Shown: positions 8,639-17,287, counted from the first letter of the stretch. The stretch: DNA of 64,000 nt from an uncultured Porphyromonadaceae bacterium (GCA_937911575.1 CALDPR010000032.1:112709-176708), one strand, 5' to 3'. Notes: generated from the letters alone by a model not told the origin. Made by a program: numbers and translations.

Positions 8639-8806
8639 ATGGCTTACGTAATTGGTGATAACTGCGTTGCTTGTGGTACTTGTCAACCAGTGTGCCCAGT
8701 AGAGGCAATTTCAGAAGGTGATATCTATAAAATTGATCCAGATACATGCATTAGTTGTGGTAGCTGTGCTGAAGTTTGTCCAAGTGATGCAATTTCAGAA
8801 GGTTAA
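8639..8806 (+). CDS. 55-aa 2x[4Fe-4S] ferredoxin (absent from the ORF track because it is under 60 aa)
   Basis: Translation MAYVIGDNCVACGTCQPVCPVEAISEGDIYKIDPDTCISCGSCAEVCPSDAISEG has two CxxCxxCxxxCP motifs. Confidence 0.9.
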   Translation: MAYVIGDNCVACGTCQPVCPVEAISEGDIYKIDPDTCISCGSCAEVCPSDAISEG

Positions 8807-8828
8807 TTTTAAAGGTAAAAGATTAAAA

Positions 8829-8860
8829 AGCGAAACATTTTTAGTGTTTCGCTTTTTTTA
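8829..8860. terminator. intrinsic terminator after the ferredoxin gene, usable in both directions
   Basis: AGCGAAACA / TGTTTCGCT stem with an A-run before and a T-run after. It could also serve the convergent aminotransferase gene. Confidence 0.8.
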
Positions 8861-8938
8861 TGGTATTGTTGGTAGTTTGTTTTGGAATTAGGCAATGTTT
8901 AAATGGGGGATAATCAGACCCCAATAAAAGAAAAACAG

Positions 8939-10060
8939 TTAATTAAAACTGTTGATTGTTTGGGCCAACTTTTCAGCACTCTGGAAGTCAATTGTTGCTA
9001 TTGGTAAACTTAGAATTTCATTTGATATAGATTCTGTAATAGGGTATTCTCCTGTTAAAATCCCATTATAGCATGGTTGCTTATGTGGTGGAGTAGCATA
9101 GTGAATATCTGTTTCTATTTCTTTGCTTGTTAAAAACTGTTTCAGAAGATCTCTGCGTTTGCATCTCACTACATATTGATGCCACACTTGTGTCATATTG
9201 TCGAATATTCGGGGGACGGTTACTTGTGGATTTGTTATAATGTCATTGTATATTTGAGCTATTGCCTGTCGATGTCTTGTTTCTGAATCTATATGTTTTA
9301 ACTTGACTCTTATGAAGGCTGCTTGCAATTCGTCCATACGGCAATTATATCCTTGATATATGTTGTGGTAGCGTCTGTCGCTGCCATAGTTAGATAATGC
9401 ACGTATTATTGAGATTATTCCTTCGTCTGAAGATGTAACAGCTCCAGCATCGCCTAATGCTCCTATGTTTTTTGTCGGATAAAAACTAAATGCTGCTGAA
9501 TGTCCGATAGCTCCGGTTTTAGATGATTTGTTGTCAACTCCTGTTATGTTTGATTTTGCCCCTATTGCTTGTGCATTGTCTTCTATAACTATCAGATTGT
9601 GTCTGTTTGCAATCTCTTTAATTTGTTCGTCCCAACATGGTGTCCCATATAAATGAACAATTAATATCGCTTTGGTCTTCGATGTTATTTTCTTTTCAAT
9701 TTTTTTAGAGTCAAGATTATATGTCTCAATAGACGGCTCTACTAAAACAGGGATTAACCCATTGTCTGAAATGGCAAGAATTGAAGCAATATATGTGTTA
9801 GCCTGAACAATCACTTCATCTCCAGGCTTTAATTGTCCGGAAATTATATATGCTTTGAATATCATGCGTAGTGCATCTAATCCGTTGCTAACTGTTACGC
9901 AATGACTTGCTCCACAATTGTCGCAAATCTCTTGTTCGAGAGATTTGTTTTCTACTCCATTGAGATACCAACCTGATTCGATTACTCTGTTTGCCGCTTC
10001 TTTTAACTCTGAAGCATACTGACCATTGAGAGTGCTTAACTGTAAGAATGGTATTTTCAT
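8939..10060 (-). CDS. DegT/DnrJ/EryC1/StrS-family PLP-dependent sugar aminotransferase (FdtB/QdtB/WecE-like)
   Basis: 373 aa with ...IEDNAQAIGA... and ...AFSFYPTKNIGALGDAGAV.. (PLP-lysine region). Confidence 0.85.
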   Translation of the reverse strand: MKIPFLQLSTLNGQYASELKEAANRVIESGWYLNGVENKSLEQEICDNCGASHCVTVSNGLDALRMIFKAYIISGQLKPGDEVIVQANTYIASILAISDNGLIPVLVEPSIETYNLDSKKIEKKITSKTKAILIVHLYGTPCWDEQIKEIANRHNLIVIEDNAQAIGAKSNITGVDNKSSKTGAIGHSAAFSFYPTKNIGALGDAGAVTSSDEGIISIIRALSNYGSDRRYHNIYQGYNCRMDELQAAFIRVKLKHIDSETRHRQAIAQIYNDIITNPQVTVPRIFDNMTQVWHQYVVRCKRRDLLKQFLTSKEIETDIHYATPPHKQPCYNGILTGEYPITESISNEILSLPIATIDFQSAEKLAQTINSFN

Positions 10061-10479
10061 TCTGATTTGAGTGTTTTTACATATTCGAGATATTCGTCGT
10101 AATCTCTTATGTAGTCTTCCTCTTCATACTGATGTGAAGCAAATGCTACGGCTACTGTCCCTGTTGTGAAGTTATGCATTGTGTCCCATACTCCCGGGGG
10201 AATTAATACTCCTTTGTTAGACTTGTTTAAAGGTATTATAATTTCTTTCTCTCCGTCAGTTAATCTGAGATCGAGAGAACCGGAAACAGCAACTAATATG
10301 CACTGACATTCCTTATGAGCATGACCTCCTCGGGTTTCTCCTCCCGGAACATCATACAGATAAAATACTCTTTTTATTGTAAAAGGAATGTGCCTTCCCC
10401 CTTCGACAAATGAAAGATTGCCTCGGGGATCACATATCTTGGGAAACTCTATGATTTTCACATAATCAAGTGGAGACAT
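10057..10479 (-). CDS. WxcM/FdtA-like dTDP-4-keto-6-deoxyhexose 3,4-ketoisomerase (cupin)
   Basis: ..FPKICDPRGNLSFVEGGRHIPFTIKRVFYLYDVPGGETRGGHAHK... Start taken at ATG 10479, because a GC-rich hairpin occupies 10496-10517 inside the longer track ORF. 4-nt overlap with the aminotransferase. Confidence 0.8.
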   Translation of the reverse strand: MSPLDYVKIIEFPKICDPRGNLSFVEGGRHIPFTIKRVFYLYDVPGGETRGGHAHKECQCILVAVSGSLDLRLTDGEKEIIIPLNKSNKGVLIPPGVWDTMHNFTTGTVAVAFASHQYEEEDYIRDYDEYLEYVKTLKSE

Positions 10480-10495
10480 AATGAATTGTTTAGTT

Positions 10496-10517
10496 GCCAG
10501 GGGCATAAGCCCCTGGC
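10496..10517 (-). other. GC-rich hairpin GCCAGGGGC-tetraloop-GCCCCTGGC between hpf and the ketoisomerase gene
   Basis: Perfect 9-bp stem. No T-run follows on the minus strand, so it is a terminator, processing or stabiliser element of unclear type. Confidence 0.5.
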
Positions 10518-10525
10518 TTTGTTAT

Positions 10526-10819
10526 CTATTTTTTTGTTTTTGTCTTTTCTAATTGCTTTTCAAGAGCATCAAGGCATAAGTCGACAGCTTCCTCAAAGGT
10601 GTCGGCCGTTTTTGATGCAAATAAATCATCTGTTGGAGGCACTGCTAATTTAATTGCCACTTCCTTATTCATCGCTGTTTCCGGTTTAACTACTTTGAGG
10701 GTAACCTCTGCTTCTGTTATTGTCTCGTATCGACGTGTGATTTTTTCTAATTTTTTGTTGATGAATGCAACAAGTTTCTCACTGATGTCAAAATGAATCG
10801 CTTTAATTTTTGCTTCCAT
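10526..10819 (-). CDS. hpf: ribosome hibernation promoting factor / RaiA family
   Basis: 97 aa, MEAKIKAIHFDISEKLVAFINKKLEKITRRYETITEAEVTLKV... Confidence 0.88.
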   Translation of the reverse strand: MEAKIKAIHFDISEKLVAFINKKLEKITRRYETITEAEVTLKVVKPETAMNKEVAIKLAVPPTDDLFASKTADTFEEAVDLCLDALEKQLEKTKTKK

Positions 10820-10821
10820 AA

Positions 10822-11718
10822 TTAAACCTCCTTTTTTAATGCTCGTGGGTGAGCGCGTTTATAATTATTTTTCAACTCATTAAATGAGATGTGTGTATAG
10901 ATTTGTGTCGTTGATAATGAACTATGTCCTAAAAATTCTTTTACAGTATTTATGTTTGCTCCATTGTTGAGCATTGATGTGGCAAATGTGTGCCGCAAAA
11001 CGTGAGGGCTTTTTTTATGACATGTAGTTTCTGATAATGAAGTTTGCACTATGTTATAAAGTACGCCACGAGTTAATGCTCTTTCTTTGTGAACAAATAA
11101 GTTGTCGATTTTGTTGTTTGGGAATTTATTATTTTTTAATTCTCGATATCGGGCTATTTCTTCGATTATTTCTTCTGATATTGGAATTATTCGTTGTTTG
11201 TTGCGTTTCCCAGTGATAATAATCTCTTTTTTATAGAAATTTATATCTGTTTCTTTGATTGATAGCAACTCGGCTTGACGTATGCCCGTAGAATATAACA
11301 GTTTTATAATGAGAAGATTCCTTGCAGAAATAAAATCATCGACATCTTTCGATAAGTCGTTTATTGTTGATTCAATTTCGCTTTCTTTTATAAATTCAGG
11401 CAATGAATTTTCCGCTTTCGCAAGAATGATATTGCGTGTAGGGTTAGACGAGATTATATTGTTTTTTAGAAGATAATTGAAAAATGCGCGTAATGATTGT
11501 GCTTTGCGTCGGATTGTACGTGGCTTATCTCCTTGCGAAGCTCGATGCCCTAACCAACGACGTATGTCAAGTTGGTTGATCTCTTTGAAATCCGGCTCTT
11601 TAGCTCTAATTTTAGTTATGTATTCGGTAAATTGTTTTAAATCAGTGGTATACGACAAAACAGTATAAGTTGAATAATTCAACTCATACTGTATATATTT
11701 CAAGAATTTATCTTTCAT
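10822..11718 (-). CDS. tyrosine site-specific recombinase, XerC/XerD-like
   Basis: 298 aa with ..GIRQAELLSI.. and ..HVLRHTFATSMLNNGANINTVKEFLGHSSLSTTQIYTH (R..HxxR..Y catalytic set). Confidence 0.85.
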   Translation of the reverse strand: MKDKFLKYIQYELNYSTYTVLSYTTDLKQFTEYITKIRAKEPDFKEINQLDIRRWLGHRASQGDKPRTIRRKAQSLRAFFNYLLKNNIISSNPTRNIILAKAENSLPEFIKESEIESTINDLSKDVDDFISARNLLIIKLLYSTGIRQAELLSIKETDINFYKKEIIITGKRNKQRIIPISEEIIEEIARYRELKNNKFPNNKIDNLFVHKERALTRGVLYNIVQTSLSETTCHKKSPHVLRHTFATSMLNNGANINTVKEFLGHSSLSTTQIYTHISFNELKNNYKRAHPRALKKEV

Positions 11719-11722
11719 TTGT

Positions 11723-11771
11723 TCTTCGTATTTTACTGATTATCCTCGAGTGGATATTTACAATACGAAGA
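11723..11771 (-). promoter_or_regulatory. 10-bp perfect hairpin (TCTTCGTATT / AATACGAAGA, 29-nt loop) abutting the recombinase start codon
   Basis: Seen directly. Its base lies 4 nt upstream of ATG 11718. No T-run follows. Confidence 0.45.
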
Positions 11772-11812
11772 TAGGTAATTTTCTTGAATTTACCAAATAA
11801 AATTGTAGAAAA

Positions 11813-12004
11813 TTATTCTTCTACTTGGCGAAGTTTCTGTACGTAAACCGCTTTAATCATCTTTTTGCGATTTGTTACAGATGGTTTTTCAAATGCTTGA
11901 CGGCTACGTAATTCTTTTACAATGCCTGTTTTTTCAAATTTACGTTTAAATTTTTTTAACGCTCTTTCGATGTTCTCGCCTTCTTTTACTTGTACAATAA
12001 TCAT
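11813..12004 (-). CDS. rpsU: 30S ribosomal protein S21
   Basis: 63 aa, MIIVQVKEGENIERALKKFKRKFEKTGIVKELRSRQAFEKPS... Confidence 0.95.
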   Translation of the reverse strand: MIIVQVKEGENIERALKKFKRKFEKTGIVKELRSRQAFEKPSVTNRKKMIKAVYVQKLRQVEE

Positions 12005-12073
12005 GTTTTATCGTTGTTTTTAATTTATATACCTTTTTGCTTACTTGTTAAAGTGCTTTTTGATTTAGCGGTG

Positions 12074-12081
12074 CAAAATTA
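12074..12081 (-). promoter_or_regulatory. -7 box (TAATTTTG) for rpsU
   Basis: Plus strand reads CAAAATTA, 70 nt upstream of ATG 12004. Confidence 0.5.
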
Positions 12082-12151
12082 GGCAATGTTATTCTAATAG
12101 CAAAATTTTTAACGAATTAATTTTCTTTTTTTGTTAAATTTTGTTCCTTAA

Positions 12152-12679
12152 TCACTTTTTCTCCGGTTCTTCATACCATTTTGAATACATCAAATAGTTT
12201 CTTGCTATTTTAATATTCATCTCTTTGGCTTTTTCCGGTTCTACCATTTTGACAAATTTTGCCGGTGCTCCTGCCCACATCTCATTCGGCCCTATTTTAG
12301 TTTTGCTTAATACGACTGAACCCGCTGCCACCAATGCTCCTTCGCCAACTTCTGCATCGTCCATAACGATTGCTCCCATTCCGATGAGTGCAAAGTTGCG
12401 TATTTTTGCTCCATGAATAACTACATTGTGTCCGATTGATACATCGTCGCCTATCTCTATTGTAGATTTTTGGTATAGGGTGTGTAAGACAGAACCGTCT
12501 TGAATATTTACACGATTGCCTATCTTGATTGAATTGACGTCTCCTCGCAATATTGTGCCAAACCAAATGCTACATTCGTCGCCAATGACTACATCTCCAA
12601 TGATTGTCGCGTTATCGGCAAGGAAGCAATCCTTGCCGATTATAGGGTCAAATCCTCTTACAGGTTTAATTAGTGCCAT
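12152..12679 (-). CDS. gamma-class carbonic anhydrase-like / hexapeptide-repeat (LbH) protein
   Basis: 175 aa. Left-handed beta-helix repeats with ..SIWFGTILRGDVNSIKIGNRVNIQDGSVLH.. Confidence 0.85.
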   Translation of the reverse strand: MALIKPVRGFDPIIGKDCFLADNATIIGDVVIGDECSIWFGTILRGDVNSIKIGNRVNIQDGSVLHTLYQKSTIEIGDDVSIGHNVVIHGAKIRNFALIGMGAIVMDDAEVGEGALVAAGSVVLSKTKIGPNEMWAGAPAKFVKMVEPEKAKEMNIKIARNYLMYSKWYEEPEKK

Positions 12680-12684
12680 TTGTG

Positions 12685-14481
12685 TTATCGTGTTAAAGGT
12701 TGAGTGTTTCTAATTAGCCATTCTTTTTCTTCTTCATTAAGATATGGACTGAGACGTTGACGAACCATTTCGTGATAGTCATTGATCCACTTAAGTTCTT
12801 TATCTGTCATTATCTCTGTCTCAAATAATCTTAAATCAAACGGGAAGAGTGTAACAGTTTCAAACTTAAAGAATCTTCCGAATTCTGTTTCCATTGCGGG
12901 AACTGTAACAATTAGATTTTCGCAACGTATGCCATATCTGCCTTCATAGTAAATGCCGGGTTCGTTGCTCGTAATCATTCCTACTTCAAGAGGAGTAGGG
13001 TTAATGTTTAATCTGATATTTTGTGGGCCTTCATGACAGTTGATAAAGAATCCTACTCCATGCCCTGTGCCATGGAAATATGCTTTCCCTTCTTCCCAAA
13101 GATATTGACGAGCCATAGCATCAAGTTGATGTCCGGTTGTGCCTTCTGGGAATATGGCAGTCGCTATTGCAATGTGTCCTTTCATTACAAGGGTAAAATC
13201 GTGCTTTTCTTCTTTTGTAGGCTCTCCAAGAATGACGGTACGAGTGATATCAGTTGTTCCATAGATATATTGACCTCCGGAATCTACAAGCAGAAGACCT
13301 CTTTCGTTTACTTTTATATCGCTCTCTTCTGTTGGCTCGTAGTGAATGATTGCTCCATGTTCTTTGAATCCGAGAATTGCCGCAAAGCTTTCATCTACAC
13401 ATGTGTCATCAGCCATGCGAAAATCGTGGAGCATTTTGCTGAGTTTCAACTCAGTAAGTTCTCCTTTTGGATATTCTTTTTCGAGTGAAAGGAAGAATTT
13501 TGTTAATGCAACACCATCTTTCTCCATTGCAGTGTTTATGCTGCGTAGCATGGAGTCGTTTTTGATACTTTTGAGTTTCGCTACTTTTGAACCTCCAAAA
13601 ACAGCTGTGCATGAAATGTTGTCAAACATGCTTCGTGAAGTTTTGTCAGGATCTATGAGAAGACGTGTCTCTGCAGAAAGTGTTGAGATAAAATTATAAA
13701 CACTCTCATACGGCATGACTTCAAAATTGTATTTTTGAAGATGCTCCTCAACTGCCGGTGTCAATTTTTCGCTATCAACGAATAGAATGCGACGATTTTT
13801 ATCTAAATAAAGATATGATACAAACATAGGGCTGAAGAAAATGTCGTTTGCTGTGCGAAGATTTGTAGCCCATGCAATATCATCTAATGCAGATAGTATA
13901 ATCGCTTCGCCTCCCTCTTCATTCACTTTTTCTAAAATTCTTCTTGTTTTGCTATCAACTGTTTCGCCTACGATCTGCTCGTCGTGAACAAATATTTTGT
14001 TGAGTGGTCTGCTTGGTCTGTCGGGATATATTTTGTCGAACGGACAAAAGTCGGTTATGAGTTTAATGCCCTTCTTTGCAACAGCTTCTTCGATTTGTTT
14101 TGCTACTGAGATTGAAAATGTCGTTCCATCGATTCCTAATGTGCTGTTAATCGACATATTTTCGACTACCCAGTCTATTAAATTGACTGCTTCCGGTCCG
14201 TCTTCTTTCATCATCTCAAAACCGGTGCCTTGTAATTGCTCTTCCGCTTGAATGAAATAGCGTGAATCCGTCCAGCATAGAGCTTCGTTTTGTGTAACTA
14301 CTGCAGTCCCGTTAGTGCCGTTTACAGCCCAAAAACCTGTGATCCATTCTCTCGTTCTCCAATGCATCGGAGCGTTTTCGCTTTGATGTGGGTCTGTGCC
14401 AGAAATGATTATAGCATCAATGCCCTGCTCTTTCATCACTTGCCTTAAAAGGCGAAGATATTCTTTGTTCTTCTTTTCCAT
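12685..14481 (-). CDS. Xaa-Pro aminopeptidase (M24B, aminopeptidase P family)
   Basis: 598 aa with ..DSGGQYIYGTTDITRT.., ..HGTGHGVG..., ..SNEPGIYYEGRYGIRCEN.. metal-ligand motifs. Confidence 0.88.
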   Translation of the reverse strand: MEKKNKEYLRLLRQVMKEQGIDAIIISGTDPHQSENAPMHWRTREWITGFWAVNGTNGTAVVTQNEALCWTDSRYFIQAEEQLQGTGFEMMKEDGPEAVNLIDWVVENMSINSTLGIDGTTFSISVAKQIEEAVAKKGIKLITDFCPFDKIYPDRPSRPLNKIFVHDEQIVGETVDSKTRRILEKVNEEGGEAIILSALDDIAWATNLRTANDIFFSPMFVSYLYLDKNRRILFVDSEKLTPAVEEHLQKYNFEVMPYESVYNFISTLSAETRLLIDPDKTSRSMFDNISCTAVFGGSKVAKLKSIKNDSMLRSINTAMEKDGVALTKFFLSLEKEYPKGELTELKLSKMLHDFRMADDTCVDESFAAILGFKEHGAIIHYEPTEESDIKVNERGLLLVDSGGQYIYGTTDITRTVILGEPTKEEKHDFTLVMKGHIAIATAIFPEGTTGHQLDAMARQYLWEEGKAYFHGTGHGVGFFINCHEGPQNIRLNINPTPLEVGMITSNEPGIYYEGRYGIRCENLIVTVPAMETEFGRFFKFETVTLFPFDLRLFETEIMTDKELKWINDYHEMVRQRLSPYLNEEEKEWLIRNTQPLTR

Positions 14482-14754
14482 ACTTATAATTTGATAAATT
14501 TTTCGTAAAGTTAATCAAAAAAATTTATATTGCAATTTTTAAGCATCAATTTGATGCAGAATATTAAGTCGCTGTATAAATCGGTTTTATATGAATCTTA
14601 TTTTTGATGTGATATGACGTTTCTTCATAAGGCGAAAATGGTGCTTTTGTGGGTTAGTCGTAAAGTGAGTTTAGAAATATTTGATAAGGAAAAGTTTGTA
14701 AGGTGGATAATACATATTGGTTGTAACAAATTTGTTATTCAATATAAAAGGATT

Positions 14755-14762
14755 AATTTTGC
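14755..14762 (+). promoter_or_regulatory. -7 box (TAATTTTG) for the 14794 gene
   Basis: TAnnTTTG match 32 nt upstream of the ATG. Confidence 0.5.
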
Positions 14763-14793
14763 AGAATAATTTTAAATATCAATAAAAAAGATT

Positions 14794-15990
14794 ATGAGAA
14801 AGATAGTTTTATACGATATACCTGATGTGCATGCTAACCTATTGCCCTTATCGTTTACTCGTCCAATAGCAGATTTTAGAGTTGGTATTACAACTATTAG
14901 AGAAAAATGGGAACGCATGATGCCCGGAGAGTATTGCTATGCTACGGTCGACTTTTTGCGTGCAAAATTTCAATCGGACCTCTCGGGTATGAATCTATAT
15001 ATAATGTCGAATGTTTTTCCGTCTTGTGAATTAGTCTCTGCAATAGAGACTCTCAAAGAAGGAGAGGCACTTTGCAAAGATGGGAATTTAATAGCTTTTT
15101 ATGGTACTATTGAGTCGTTGAATTCGAAAATGTATGTTGAACGTTGCTATGAAGGAGAAGTCGTTGCAATCAACTATTTGTTCGATGTGTTCTTGCTTAA
15201 TGGAAGAATGATAAAGCAAGATTTTGAAGAATTGACGAAAGGAAGAAAAAGTGCAAAATTGTCTTCGACAAATATCTTAATAGGAAATGCTTATGATGAA
15301 CAAGGAAATCCGATGCTCTTTATTGAGGAGTCGGCATCAGTGGAAGGTGCAATATTAAATGTAAGCAATGGACCTATATATATAGGAGCAAATTCTGAGG
15401 TGATGGAAGGTAGTTGTGTGAGAGGACCAATGTCGCTGGGAGAACACTCGCATGTGAATATGGGTTCCAAAATTTATGGAGATACAACGATTGGCCCCTG
15501 GTGTAAAGTAGGAGGCGAATTGAACAATGCTGTATTCTTCGGATATAGCAATAAGGCTCACGATGGTTTTGTTGGTAATGCAGTAATTGGAGAATGGTGT
15601 AATATTGGAGCCGGGACTAATGCTTCAAATCTGAAAAATGATTATAGTAAAATCAGAATATGGAATTATCCACAACATACATTTATGCGAACGGATCTGC
15701 AGTTTTGTGGCTTAATTATGGGCGACCACTCAAAGGCTGGAATAAATTGCATGTTTAATACGGCAACAGTGTTGGGAGTGGGAGTAAATATTCATGGTGC
15801 GGGATTCCCTCGAACATTTATACCTTCGTTCACGGAAGGTTCAGCAGTAGGAGGTTTTACAGATGTGCAGCTTAAAAAGTTTTTTGAAATTGCAGGAAGA
15901 GCAATGGCTCGAAGAGGTAAGGTGCTGACAGAAACAGATTACGAAATATTTGAAACGATCTATGAGATTGCTTCAAAATATAAATATTAA
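14794..15990 (+). CDS. GlmU-like putative sugar nucleotidyltransferase with C-terminal hexapeptide-repeat domain
   Basis: 398 aa. N-terminus is ..LLPLSFTRPIADFRVGI... The C-terminal half has LbH repeats (..IGEWCNIGAGTNASNLKNDY..). Confidence 0.65.
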   Translation: MRKIVLYDIPDVHANLLPLSFTRPIADFRVGITTIREKWERMMPGEYCYATVDFLRAKFQSDLSGMNLYIMSNVFPSCELVSAIETLKEGEALCKDGNLIAFYGTIESLNSKMYVERCYEGEVVAINYLFDVFLLNGRMIKQDFEELTKGRKSAKLSSTNILIGNAYDEQGNPMLFIEESASVEGAILNVSNGPIYIGANSEVMEGSCVRGPMSLGEHSHVNMGSKIYGDTTIGPWCKVGGELNNAVFFGYSNKAHDGFVGNAVIGEWCNIGAGTNASNLKNDYSKIRIWNYPQHTFMRTDLQFCGLIMGDHSKAGINCMFNTATVLGVGVNIHGAGFPRTFIPSFTEGSAVGGFTDVQLKKFFEIAGRAMARRGKVLTETDYEIFETIYEIASKYKY

Positions 15991-16012
15991 ATAATAGAGA
16001 AATATGCCTGCT

Positions 16013-16044
16013 AAAGAGATTGTGTGCTGACACAATCTCTTTTT
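16013..16044. terminator. bidirectional terminator between convergent genes
   Basis: 13-bp perfect stem AAAGAGATTGTGT / ACACAATCTCTTT with loop GCTG and a T-run. Confidence 0.85.
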
Positions 16045-16055
16045 ACTTATTTATA

Positions 16056-16607
16056 TTATATGACGAGGGGAAGTGTTTCAGACAAGAGTAATCCTTTTAG
16101 ATCTTTATTTGATAATTTGATGTCAGAAACGGGGATTCTCCAATCAATATTAAGATTCGTGTCGTTATATAATAAAGTGGCCTCAGCTTCAGGGTGGTAG
16201 AAATTGTCGACCTTATATTGGAAAGTAGCATATTCACTTAAAACGACGAAACCATGGGCAAACCCACGTGGTACCCATAATTGACGATTATTTTCATCTG
16301 ATAATTCCACAGATAAATGCTTGCCAAAGGTCGGAGAGTCTTTTCTTAAATCTACAATCACGTCCAAGACACATCCACGAGACACTCTTACAAGTTTGGC
16401 TTGACTCCATTCGTTGCGTTGATAATGCAACCCTCGAAGCACTCCATATGAAGAATGACTTTCATTGTCTTGAACGAATTTAATACCGGGAATGTGCTGA
16501 TCAAATTCTTCTTGTTTCCATGTTTCCATAAAATAACCTCTATGGTCACCGAATTTTTTAGGGGTAATTATCCAAACCCCATCAATATCTGCTTTCTCAA
16601 AATCCAT
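16056..16607 (-). CDS. rfbC: dTDP-4-dehydrorhamnose 3,5-epimerase
   Basis: ..FGDHRGYFMETW.., ..GVLRGLHYQ.., ..QAKLVRVSRGCVLDVIVDLRKDSPTFG.. Start set at ATG 16607. The track start at 16634 is TTG and overlaps the -7 box. Confidence 0.92.
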   Translation of the reverse strand: MDFEKADIDGVWIITPKKFGDHRGYFMETWKQEEFDQHIPGIKFVQDNESHSSYGVLRGLHYQRNEWSQAKLVRVSRGCVLDVIVDLRKDSPTFGKHLSVELSDENNRQLWVPRGFAHGFVVLSEYATFQYKVDNFYHPEAEATLLYNDTNLNIDWRIPVSDIKLSNKDLKGLLLSETLPLVI

Positions 16608-16631
16608 ATTTGTGTCTTTAAGAATGTGAAA

Positions 16632-16639
16632 CAAAGTTA
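16632..16639 (-). promoter_or_regulatory. -7 box (TAACTTTG) for rfbC
   Basis: Plus strand reads CAAAGTTA, 25 nt upstream of ATG 16607. Confidence 0.5.
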
Positions 16640-16722
16640 AGAAAAAAATCTGAGTCTATATAAATTAATGTGAAAAGATTAAATTTTTTGTGGTGTTGCT
16701 TGCGTAATTCGCTAATAATTAG

Positions 16723-16730
16723 TAACTTTG
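16723..16730 (+). promoter_or_regulatory. -7 box (TAACTTTG) for the ribosomal protein array
   Basis: TAnnTTTG match about 118 nt upstream of the rpsL ATG. Confidence 0.6.
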
Positions 16731-16734
16731 CAAC

Positions 16735-16793
16735 GCTTTAAGAAGTAGCTTAAAGCAAACTGTGTGTTAAATATCTGAGTGTCAGATGTTTAA
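16735..16793 (+). promoter_or_regulatory. two stable hairpins in the rpsL 5' leader
   Basis: GCTTTAAG-aagtag-CTTAAAGC (16735-16756). Also a 12-bp stem TTAAATATCTGA-gtg-TCAGATGTTTAA (16767-16793, one G.U pair). Confidence 0.4.
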
Positions 16794-16847
16794 TGATAGC
16801 AAAAGTGTAAATTAACAATTAATTAAAATAATAAATTAAAAAGCAAA

Positions 16848-17231
16848 ATGCCTACAATTCAACAATTAGTAAGAAAAGGACGTGTTGCGTTGAGCGAAAA
16901 AAGTAAATCGCCAGCATTGGATTCATGTCCACAACGTCGTGGCGTTTGTGTGAGAGTGTATACGACAACTCCTAAAAAGCCTAATTCGGCAATGCGTAAA
17001 GTGGCTCGTGTGCGTCTTACAAACGGTAAAGAGGTCAACTCTTATATTCCAGGAGAAGGACACAACTTGCAAGAACACTCAATCGTAATGGTTCGTGGTG
17101 GTCGTGTAAAAGACCTTCCTGGTGTACGTTATCACGTCGTTCGTGGAACATTGGACACAGCGGGTGTAAATGGCCGTACACAACGTCGCTCTAAATATGG
17201 AGCAAAACGTCCAAAAGCAGCTAAAAAATAA
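16848..17231 (+). CDS. rpsL: 30S ribosomal protein S12
   Basis: [12 protein letters not shown]... and ..[16 protein letters not shown].. Confidence 0.97.
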   Translation: MPTIQQLVRKGRVALSEKSKSPALDSCPQRRGVCVRVYTTTPKKPNSAMRKVARVRLTNGKEVNSYIPGEGHNLQEHSIVMVRGGRVKDLPGVRYHVVRGTLDTAGVNGRTQRRSKYGAKRPKAAKK

Positions 17232-17287
17232 TTTAAAGACTGCTAATTCATTAAACCAATTATTTAACTAGTTTTTGATTTATTGGA

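Noticed and set aside
10822-11718. Tyrosine recombinase as a marker of an integrative mobile element.
   Set aside because: It is flanked tightly by rpsU and hpf, with no flanking direct repeats, no tRNA-adjacent att site, no cargo genes and no compositional shift. It looks like the housekeeping Xer-type enzyme.
13021-13699. Plus-strand ORFs of 155 and 117 aa inside the aminopeptidase P gene.
   Set aside because: They are antisense to a well-supported 598-aa CDS with clear M24B motifs, and their translations look random.
14614-14763. 49-codon ORF in the aminopeptidase / GlmU-like intergenic region.
   Set aside because: It runs through the -7 box of the downstream gene. It has no recognisable features and no start context.
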